Part shown: positions 7,470 through 15,157 of the stretch, in pieces
Position numbering within the stretch: the stretch's first letter is position 1
Layout of the letters: each line of letters begins with the position of its first letter
Assembly: GCA_963835065.1 (NCBI GenBank)
Contig: CAWIEK010000061.1
Span: forward strand, 1 to 15,157
Direction of reading: 5' to 3'
DNA length: 15,157 nucleotides
Source: an uncultured Chthonomonadaceae bacterium
GTDB taxonomy: Bacteria > Armatimonadota > Chthonomonadetes > Chthonomonadales > Chthonomonadaceae
Notes under the pieces: generated by a model
The model's database searches: none
Told to the model about the DNA's origin: nothing
What the model saw: only the letters and a program-made list of their open reading frames with translations
Translations under genes and position numbers: made by a program

Positions 7470-7498
7470 ATTGTAGCATGGTTTCTCCGTATTATCAA
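7470..7498 (-). promoter_or_regulatory. sigma70-type promoter, TTGATA-17bp-TACAAT with extended -10
   Basis: Minus strand TTGATA atacggagaaaccatgc TACAAT, between the priA stop and ATG 7430. Confidence 0.7.
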
Positions 7499-7507
7499 GC
7501 CTTCGTC

Positions 7508-10265
7508 TCAGGCCATGCTCAGGGGGTCAATGTCTACGTACAAGCCTAATCGGTCAGTGGGGGCGAGGCAGGCGATGGCGGAGCGTACCAGGTCGGAAAG
7601 GGGATAATCTACGGGCGCGCGCAGGGCGACGTGGAAGCGGTACTGGTTTTTCAGGCGGGCGAGGGGCGCGGCGCTTGGCCCGATGATTTCCACGTCCGGC
7701 GGGTTCAGCCGTTCCAGCGCGACGACGAGAGCGGTGGAGCGGGCTTCCGCTTTGGCCTCGTTTTCATCGGCGCAAATCAGGTTGACGAAGCGGCTGTAGG
7801 GCGGGTACTTCAATTCCTGCCGAAACAAAATCTCCTGCTTGTAAAACCGGGCGTAATCGTGCTGAATGGCCGCCTGCACCGCGTAATGATCCGGGCTGAA
7901 CGTCTGGATAATCACTTCACCGGGCGTGTTGCCCCGTCCGGCCCGACCCGCCACCTGTGTCAGCAGTTGAAACGTCCGCTCGGCTGCCCGAAAATCCGGC
8001 ATGTTGATGGCCGTGTCCGCGCTGATAACGCCGACAAGCGTGACGTTCGGGAAATCCAAGCCTTTCGCTACCATCTGCGTACCGATGAGAATGTCCGCGT
8101 CGCCCTGCCGGAACGCGCGCATAATCCGGGAGTGCGCGCCCTTTTGCGAAGTGGTGTCCCGGTCCATACGCGCCACTCGCGCGGTCGGAAACACGCGCAG
8201 CACCTCTTCCTCGACCTTTTCCGTGCCGATGCCGAACGCTTTCACCTTCATGCCGCCGCAGTCCGGGCATTTCAAGGGTACGCGCCCGTTGAAATCGCAA
8301 TGGTGGCACTTCAGCGCGCGCTCAAAGTTGTGGTAGGCCAAAGAAACGGCGCAGTTCGGACACTTCGCCGTCCAGCCACAATCGCGGCACAGCACAAACT
8401 GCGCGTACCCGCGCCGGTTCAAAAACAAAATGGTCTGCTGTTTCTTTCTTCAGCCGCTCCATCATGGCCGCGATTAATCGCTCCGAAAACAGCGCCTTCT
8501 GCTTCTTAAACTCTTCGCGCAAATCCACCACTTCCACGCGGGGCAGGGGGCGGTTGTCTATGCGGTCAGGCATCTCCAAAAGAAAAGGAGAAGAGGAGAA
8601 AAGGAGAAAAGGAGACGAATCACTACCCTGCTCGTATTGGACACGCGGCTCTTCAACACTACACAGGGATTTGCTTTTAATTTGTTGTAACGCCATCCCA
8701 GGTGATGAAGCATTTATTTCTCCTTTTCTCCTTTTCTCCTTTTCTCCTTTTCTTTCCTTTGCCGCAAAGTAACTCTCCAACGAGGGCGTCGCGCTGCCTA
8801 AAATCAGCGTGGCATTGCTGAGTTGGGCGCGTTCCATAGCCAGGTCTTTGGCATTGTAGCGGGGGGTGTTTTCCTGTTTGTAGGAGGCTTCGTGTTCCTC
8901 GTCCATGACGATCAGTCCGACATTTTGCACGGGCGCAAAAATCGCCGAGCGCGCGCCGACCACGATACGCGCCTTGCCCGCCTGCATCCGCCGCCATTCG
9001 TCGTGCCGCTCGCCTTCGGAAAGTTTGGAATGGAGGACGGCTACCTGCTCGCCAAACCGCCCGATAAAAACATCCACAATCTGCGCGGTCAGGGCGATTT
9101 CCGGCACAAGCACAATCGCGCTGCGGCCCTGTTCCAGCGTGTGCGCAATCGCGTTGAGATACACTTCCGTTTTGCCGCTGGCCGTGACGCCGAAAAGCAG
9201 AACCGTTTGCGTTTTGCCGCTGTCCAGGCACTCGCGCAGGCGTACCGCCGCGTTCTGTTGTCCGGGCGTGAGCGTGGGCGCAACCGTGCGTTCGCCATGC
9301 GCGCTGACGGGCGCGCGCCGAACCGTAATCTCATGCGCCTGCACCAGCCCTTTGTCCACCAGCCCGCGCAGGGACGCGGGCGTCGCCTGGCTGACCCGCA
9401 CCAGTTCATCGCCGGGTATCGGCCCTTCGCTGTGGCGAGCGCGCTGCACCAGTTCATTCAAAATCCGCTGCTGCTGGGGGCTGCGGTTTCCCACACTGCC
9501 GCCCTGCGTCAAGGCTACCGCCGCCGCGCCCAATGTATACGCTTTGCGGGTTTTGCCCACCGTTTTCGCCCGTACAATCGTCCGCGATTCAATAAGAAGC
9601 CCTTTTTTCAGCAGGGCGGCATACGCGCCCGCGAAGTTGGTCAGGTGCGCGGCTTCGCGCAGGGCGTCCACTTCCGCTTCGCCGTCCAGCGCGCGCAGGG
9701 TTTCCAGAACATGCGCCTGTGGAATGGACGCGCCCACATCCACGCCCCGATACGTCGCATCCGCAAGCCGCGCAATTGTCGCCACCCGCGCGCCGAGATT
9801 GGCGGGAGCCACGCAGCGCAGGGCGTCCAGCAAATCGCACACGTACTGCCAGCTCATCCACTGAATAATATGAAGTTGTTCGGAATTGATGGTAACAGCG
9901 TCTTCCACAATACCGATAATGGTTTTGAGTTTGCCGCACAGGGGATCGTTTGACGCCAGTTTGCGCCGCGCCAGCACATACCCCAACGTTTCCCGCCCCG
10001 CAAACGGAATATGCACACATGCGCCCGCCACCAGCGTATTTTGCATAATTTCGGGAACGCGGTACGAGTACGAAGGCTGCAAATCCGGCGCGTCAATATC
10101 CACCACCACATCGGCAATATCAATTTCGGCGTACTCCTCCCATAGCGAGTCCACATAAGGATTTTGGATTTTGGATTTTGGATTTTGGATTGGAGATTCG
10201 GAGTCCGGGTGTTCCGGGAATTCATTCGGGAAGTCGTTCATAATGTTGCGGTTTTCATCCTTCAT
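7508..10265 (-). CDS. priA: primosomal protein N' (replication restart helicase), one frameshift near 8441-8450
   Basis: YSYRVP 3'-binding domain, GVTASGKTEVY, LVPEIALT, DEEHE.SYKQ, GSATPS, FLNRRGY, four CxxC, GTEKVEEE, GTQMVAKGLDFP, DFRAAER, QVAGRAGR. Removing one A in AAG AAA GAA ACA joins the two ORFs (LKKKQQTILFLNRRGY). Start is 10265 or 10241. Confidence 0.95.
8579..8755. repeat. 177-bp palindromic element inside priA: 37-bp inverted arms of (AAAGGAGA)x4 / (TCTCCTTT)x4
   Basis: Arms 8579-8615 and 8719-8755 are reverse complements with 1 mismatch, around a 103-bp core; total length is a multiple of 3. Confidence 0.9.
10159..10193. repeat. heptamer tandem repeat (ATTTTGG)x4 plus a partial unit, within the priA 5' end
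   Basis: Units start at 10161, 10168, 10175 and 10182; translated as PIQNPKSKIQNP. Confidence 0.9.
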
Positions 10266-10300
10266 CCTTCATCCTTCATCCTTGCTCTTGTCCTTCATCC
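10254..10300. repeat. heptamer tandem repeat (TTCATCC)x4 plus one detached unit, at the plsY/priA junction
   Basis: Units at 10254-10281 and 10294-10300. Confidence 0.9.
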
Positions 10301-10919
10301 TTGCTTTTTTCTGCCAGGGCATACAGACTTTGGGTTCGATGCCTGTGCGCAGGCGCTGGATGTTGGCGCGGTGCTTGTATACGGCGAGGATGCAGGCGGC
10401 GCAGGCGAACGCGAGGCGGTACGGGTCGCCGGGATGCAGCCATAGTGTGAGAAACGGCAGCGACAGCGCGGCCAGAATGGAGCCGAGCGATACCCAGTTC
10501 AGCGTCAGCAGTTCCAGCAGGAAAATTCCGAGCGCGGCAATCCCCACGCCCGGCATCACGCCGAGCAACGCGCCCAAACTTGTCGCAATCCCCTTGCCGC
10601 CCTTGCCGCCCAAAAATACGGAATAATTATGCCCCACAACCGCGCACAACGCGCTGCTCACCTGCCATTCCGCGCCCAAATGCAAACTATATTTTGCGAT
10701 AAGCGGCGGCACAAGCCCCTTGCACACATCGAACGCGAACACAACTGCGTAGCCCAACGGCCCGGTCACGCGCCCCACATTGGTCGAGCCGATGTTGCCG
10801 CTGCCTACCGTGCGGATGTCCACGCCCTTCCATTTCTTGACCAGCCACAGCCCAAACGGAATGGAACCGAGCAGATAACTCCCCGCCAATAACAGCCCGA
10901 TAATGCCCGCCTGTCCCAT
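10269..10919 (-). CDS. plsY: glycerol-3-phosphate 1-O-acyltransferase PlsY
   Basis: SYLLGSIPFG, DIRTVGSGNIGSTNVGR, DVCKG, GHNYSVF..GKGGKGIATSLG, VSLGSI, KHRANIQRL..GIEPK; start ATG 10919. Confidence 0.96.
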   Translation of the reverse strand: MGQAGIIGLLLAGSYLLGSIPFGLWLVKKWKGVDIRTVGSGNIGSTNVGRVTGPLGYAVVFAFDVCKGLVPPLIAKYSLHLGAEWQVSSALCAVVGHNYSVFLGGKGGKGIATSLGALLGVMPGVGIAALGIFLLELLTLNWVSLGSILAALSLPFLTLWLHPGDPYRLAFACAACILAVYKHRANIQRLRTGIEPKVCMPWQKKARMKDKSKDEG

Positions 10920-10987
10920 GCTTGCCCCCTGCCCCGCGATATGCCCAGAAGTATACCCATTCCGCCGCCAAACCGCTGAATAAATTA

Positions 10988-11079
10988 AACCACGGGGAAC
11001 ACGGGGGACACGGGGAGGAGAGGGCAGAGGAGAAGAGAACCGCTCCTCTCTCCCTCTCCTCCCCGTGTTCCCCGCGGTT
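10988..11079. repeat. long intergenic hairpin built from CACGGGGRR 9-mers and purine/pyrimidine tracts
   Basis: Left arm AACCACGGGGAACACGGGGGACACGGGGAGGAGAGGGCAGAGGAG versus right-arm reverse complement AACCGCGGGGAACACGGGGAGGAGAGGGAGAGAGGAG; the left arm has one extra 9-mer. Confidence 0.85.
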
Positions 11080-11085
11080 GAACTC

Positions 11086-12474
11086 CTATTGCAGCCAGTG
11101 CAGGAGGAGGGAGGCCAGCCACAGGAAGACGGCAAAGCCAATGACGTCCTGAAAGGCGGTCTCGAACGGGCCGGCGGTGGCGGCGGGGTCGAAGCCGAAG
11201 CGCTTGGACAGCATCGGGATCACGGTTCCCATGAAGCCTGCCGTGAGCATGGAGCAGGTCATCGCGCCGCCAATGACAATGCCGAACGGGGTATGATGCG
11301 ACCAGATCACGCCCACCAGTCCCAGCACAAGCCCGCACACAACGGCCATAATGACCGAGGTTGTCAACTCCTTTATCACGGGCTTCCAGACATTATCAAG
11401 GCTGACGTGTCCCGTGTCCAGGCCGCGCACGATGATGGCCGCCGCCTGCAAGCCGACATTGCCCGAAATCGCGGAAATCACCGGCATGAACGAGGCCAGC
11501 AGAATGATCTTTTTCAGCACGTCGTCAAAGTGCTGAATCACCACGCCCGCGCCCAGTTCGATGAGCATGGTTCCCATCAGCCAGGGCAGGCGCAGTTTCG
11601 CCACCTGAACGGGTGTGCGGCGATCCATTTCTTCGGCGTCCGAGCCGACCAGTTTCAGATAATCCTCGTTGAACTCTTCCACGAGAACGTCAATCACGTC
11701 GTCTACGGTGACGATGCCGAGCAAGCGGCCTTCGGCATGAACGACGGGAATGCAAAGCAGGTCATATTGCGAAATCAGTCGGGCCACTTCCTGCTGATCC
11801 GTTTCGGGCGTCACCGTAATCGGTTCGGGATTCATCAGGGCGGAAAGCGGCTGCTCCTGCCCCGCTGTCAGCGCGTCGCGCAGTGAGCAAACCCCGGCCA
11901 AACGTCCGCCGCCGTTAATGACGTAGATGACATACGGCGTTTCCACAGTGCGGCCTTCGCGCCGCACCTTGTCTACGATCTGCGCAGCCGTCATTTGCGC
12001 CGTCGCGCTCAGGAACTTGTCGGTCATCAGGCGTCCCGCCGTGCCTTCAGGGTAGGCCAGCAGCGCCTTTACCTCCTGCGCGTCGGCAGTTGGCAGGCCG
12101 GCAAGCAGGCGATTCGTGTCTTCGCTTAAGTCGCCGGGGCGCTCAGACAGTTCCGCCATCAATTCCGCCGCGTCGTCCATCGGCAGAATGTCGAGCAGGG
12201 ACACGATGCGGTCATGGGGCGTGTGCTGTACCAGATAGCGGTTGGTGTCGGGCGAAACCTCGTCCAGCGCGTCTGCAGCAGTGGGAACGTCCAGCAGATT
12301 GAAAATCGCCAGCGCTTCCGGCAGCGTCAGTTCATCCAGAATAAAAGCAATGTCGGACGGGTGCAGGTCGCGCAGCAGCGTTGTCAGCGCCGACGTGTCG
12401 AGCGTCCGCCCGCCCTGTCCCAGCATAGCGCGGATGCGCTCAATGGTTCCGGGCATCATTCGAGTGATTGGCAT
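11086..12474 (-). CDS. mgtE: magnesium transporter MgtE
   Basis: N-domain (LHPSDIA, DDAAELM), YPEGTAGRLMT, CBS pair (GIVTVDDVID), RLPWL, GNVGLQ, DPAATAGPFETAFQDV. Likely start ATG 12474 (MPITRM, GGAAGGG RBS). Confidence 0.96.
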   Translation of the reverse strand: MPITRMMPGTIERIRAMLGQGGRTLDTSALTTLLRDLHPSDIAFILDELTLPEALAIFNLLDVPTAADALDEVSPDTNRYLVQHTPHDRIVSLLDILPMDDAAELMAELSERPGDLSEDTNRLLAGLPTADAQEVKALLAYPEGTAGRLMTDKFLSATAQMTAAQIVDKVRREGRTVETPYVIYVINGGGRLAGVCSLRDALTAGQEQPLSALMNPEPITVTPETDQQEVARLISQYDLLCIPVVHAEGRLLGIVTVDDVIDVLVEEFNEDYLKLVGSDAEEMDRRTPVQVAKLRLPWLMGTMLIELGAGVVIQHFDDVLKKIILLASFMPVISAISGNVGLQAAAIIVRGLDTGHVSLDNVWKPVIKELTTSVIMAVVCGLVLGLVGVIWSHHTPFGIVIGGAMTCSMLTAGFMGTVIPMLSKRFGFDPAATAGPFETAFQDVIGFAVFLWLASLLLHWLQ

Positions 12475-12985
12475 GGCAGTGTCCCTTCCCGAAAACAAGG
12501 CGTTCGGAACGGCGTTCCCGCGCGTAAGATGGTAACAGGCGCGTTTCAAAATCAAGGCGCGTAAGTGCCAGGAATTGAAAAACCCCGTCTTCACAAAACA
12601 AGCGTCCTGCGAACGCAATTCTCTCTATCGAGATTCTCGCGTCTGAAAGACGCTTGTACTTTCCTGCCGGGTGTTTTCAACACCCGGAGCAGAGAGATGC
12701 CTCCATCATTGCAGACAGGCGAAACAATTCCCAACAGCGTTATTTTCGCTGTGTTTGTGTCACGGATATGAAGTTGGCAGGCGTCAGGAAACAGGAAACC
12801 GGGAAGGGACAACAATCAAAGTCGCTTCCGCGCAGGTCGAGCGACCGGGCGGCAGCGGGACGCAAGGCGCGTCGAAACTGCGAGGCTTAACGGTCGCGCG
12901 ACGGGAGGTTCCGTTCGCGTTTACTGGCTGGGTCAGACATGGAAAACGTATCATCCTTTACGCGGCAGGCAAGATTACACCGCGC
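12475..12985 (-). promoter_or_regulatory. long structured 5' leader of mgtE (putative attenuator)
   Basis: About 510 nt between the promoter and the start codon, containing a uORF, several hairpins, alternative pairings and two hairpin + U-rich terminator-like elements. Confidence 0.6.
12887..12940 (-). CDS. putative 17-aa leader peptide MSDPASKRERNLPSRDR
   Basis: ATG 12940 preceded by AAAGGATGAT, TAA at 12889-12887, about 45 nt after the predicted transcription start; overlaps alternative stems. Confidence 0.45.
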   Translation of the reverse strand: MSDPASKRERNLPSRDR

Positions 12986-12990
12986 AAGTC

Positions 12991-13020
12991 AGTATAACCC
13001 AAATCACTTCGATTCGTCAA
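12991..13020 (-). promoter_or_regulatory. sigma70-type promoter TTGACG-18bp-TATACT for mgtE (possibly mgtE-plsY-priA)
   Basis: Minus strand TTGACG aatcgaagtgatttgggt TATACT; same hexamers as the promoters at 1463 and 4823. Confidence 0.7.
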
Positions 13021-13070
13021 CTCAAAATGAACACTTTTTATCATTTGAAGCGTCAGATCAAGTAAACTGT

Positions 13071-13172
13071 AAGGAAGAAGATAGAAGATAGAAGGCAAAG
13101 AAGGCAAAAGAGTATAAGATATAAGCCAAACACCCGAACACCTGAATACCCGAACACCCTAAAACCCTAAAC
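13071..13172. repeat. mosaic of short tandem repeats upstream of the HEAT gene
   Basis: GAAGATA x2, GAAGGCAAA x2, TATAAG x2, then degenerate 8-mers AAACACCC GAACACCT GAATACCC GAACACCC TAAAACCC. Confidence 0.7.
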
Positions 13173-13176
13173 CACC

Positions 13177-15157
13177 ATGACTACAGACTCCCTTTGGAAT
13201 GCCGTTATAGAATTTACCACTTCGCCTGCTGAAGAAGCCGATGCCCTGCTGCAAGCGGTTGTGGCGCAGGGCGTGGCTGCTGTGGAGCCGCTCGGTTTGG
13301 CCGTTCGTATCGGCGACGTGGCCGCACGTCAGGCTGCGGTTCGCGCGCTTGGCTTTATTTTTGACGCGGCTTCCGTGCCTGTTTTGATCCACGCGCTGCA
13401 GGATGCGAACGCGGGCGCGCGAACGGAAGCCATTGCCGGACTCGCGCGCTTGGGCAGCCTTGCCGTTCCCGCCCTCTTGGACGCGCTCCGGCAGGATGTC
13501 TGGGCCGCGTGTGGAACGCAATTGCGCCTGCTCAATGAACCGCAGATCGTCACGCCCTTGCGCGAGTGCCTGACAGCCCGGCAGGATGAAACGCGCCGCG
13601 CCCTTGTGGAGAGCCTGTCACGCATCCACGACGCCCGCGTTCTCGACGCCCTTACCCCGCTTTTGCAGCGACGTAGATGAACCGATACGCTTTTTCGCCG
13701 TAGAAGCGCTGGCCCGGGCGGAAGCGCGCGCCTGTCCGATATACTTGCCGCCCTTGACGACAATCTCGCCTTTCGGCAGCATGTCGCCACCGTCCTGACC
13801 GCGCACCCCGCACCTTCAGACGAAGCCGCCCTCCCCCTCCTCCTCCTCGCAAGCCGCGTCGGGCACGTCGACGCCCGGTGGGTCGCCGATACCGTTCTGC
13901 GCCAGATAGACTGCCCTGCCGCTGTGGACACGCTCCATCACACCCTGTCCGATCCCGACGCCGAAGTACGCCTGATTGCCGTAGAAGCCACGCGGCAAGT
14001 CAATGACAGCAACATCGAAGCGCTCCTTCGCGCTGTGCGGACGACAGCGCCCCCGTGCGCCGCGCCGCCGTTCACGCCCTCGCCGACGTTGCCGACCCCC
14101 GCGTAACCGACGCCTTAGTGCAGGCCGCCAATGACGAGGACGCCCTCGTTCGCAGCCGCGCCCTAGCCACGGTGGGAAGCCTGTCCCGCGTTCGGAGAAC
14201 TTCAGCCACTCGTCAACGCCCTTGCCAACCGCGACACCGGCCTGCGCAAAACCGCCTCCGACACCCTTGCCGGCATGGACGCCGCCCGTGTCGTTCCGCC
14301 CCTCATTGCCGCGCTTGCCCAGGACGCTTACGGCGAGGTCGCGCGGACATTGGGACGCCTGGGCGATGTCGAAGCCGTTCCCGCCCTGCTCGCCGCGTTT
14401 GAAGGCGCGACATACGTGGCGCGTCAGGCCATTGTGGAAGCGTGTGGCCTGCTGAAGAACCGCCGCTGCCCTGCCCGCCATCCTCCGCGCCATGAAAGAC
14501 GACACCTCCAATGTCCGCGAGGCCGCCGTAAAAGCGCTCGACCAACTCGCCGCGCCCGAAAGCATCCCCACCCTCATTGACGCCCTTAACGACACCGCCC
14601 CCGCCGTCCGAGAAGGCGCGACACGGGCGCTCACGCATCTCGGCCCCCTCGTCTTGCAAGCCATGCAGCCCTCCCTCGAATCCGGGGATTGGCGCGTCCG
14701 TCTCAACGCCGTGCAGGTGTTGGGCAACATCGGCGATGTGCGCGCGGTAGAACTGCTCATCCGCAAGCTGCACGACCCCGCCGGCAACGTGTGCGGAGCC
14801 GCCATCACCGAATTGAAACGGCTTTCCGACGCCCGCTGCATCGGCTGGCTGCTCCGCGCCCTCGAAGACCGTGAACCCTTCGTCCGCGAAAGCGTCGCCG
14901 ACGTGCTGACTTCCCTTGGCGATTCGTTCACCCTGCCCCGTCTTGTCCTTGCCGAATCGCGCTTATCACCCCGTGACCGCGCCGCCATTCTCGATTACAT
15001 GCGCCGCGTCCGCTAGTCCGACCGGCGTGTCACCGATTTTCACTTCACCGCCATCGGCAACCGTTGGCCTACTGCATGCAAATGCGCAACGAAACCGACC
15101 CCGCCGTTCAGCAGGGAGCCAACGCCGTCCTCGACTACATCCGCCAACTGCGCGACG
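13177..15157 (+). pseudogene. HEAT-repeat (PBS lyase HEAT-like) protein with multiple frameshifts (possibly sequencing artefacts); runs off the window
   Basis: Repeated VP.LI.AL.D....VR..A..AL..L units across changing frames (shifts near 13665, 13735, 14040, 14200, 14468, 15063; in-frame TAG at 15014). Coding pattern continues to the edge (NETDPAVQQGANAVLDYIRQLRD). Confidence 0.85.

Noticed and set aside
8436..8455. Programmed frameshift in priA
   Set aside because: No canonical slippery heptamer with a downstream stimulator (the large hairpin is upstream); a 1-nt error in an A-run is simpler given other indels.
8579..8755. Intein or self-splicing intron in priA
   Set aside because: No Cys/Ser start with His-Asn end, too short, and no group I/II intron features.
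10159..11079. CRISPR array
   Set aside because: Repeats are contiguous 7-9-mers without unique spacers; no cas genes.
12475..12985. M-box (ykoK), yybP-ykoY, NiCo or fluoride riboswitch upstream of mgtE
   Set aside because: I could not find their conserved sequence motifs by eye; a covariance-model search is needed to exclude them formally.
7631..14988. Long antisense or alternate-frame ORFs (7631-8509, 8823-9953, 8905-9864, 11065-11886, 13816-14988)
   Set aside because: Shadows of GC-rich genes on the opposite strand with no recognisable motifs.
15014..15016. Stop-codon reassignment (in-frame TAG in the HEAT gene)
   Set aside because: TAG ends other genes here (DUF559 gene, transposase, mgtE), and this region is error-rich.

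Overview
GC-rich bacterial window; the style of the HEAT-repeat protein, the small antitoxin-like proteins and the 7-9-mer tandem repeats suggests Armatimonadota, but this is inference. Left half (1-7500) is an accessory toxin-antitoxin/defence-like region: NADAR gene (truncated at the edge, missing from the ORF track), a frameshifted PUA/EVE-like + DUF559 nuclease, two paralogous VapB-like genes under near-identical sigma70 promoters, a small-protein/HNH pair, a complete single-ORF IS66 (12-bp TIRs, 8-bp TSD), a GH16 lipoprotein, a divergent HhH-GPD glycosylase-like orphan and a degenerate-MNT/HEPN pair. Right half is housekeeping: mgtE-plsY-priA on the minus strand and a divergent HEAT-repeat gene with many indels. 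Best leads: (1) a ~500-nt mgtE leader with no recognisable M-box but a 17-codon MgtL-like uORF and mutually exclusive hairpins; (2) a 177-bp palindromic tandem-repeat element inserted in frame in the priA helicase core, one of five repeat loci; (3) the orphan HhH glycosylase-like gene among other modified-base/nuclease genes. The scattered 1-nt indels, including one in priA, look like sequencing or assembly error.
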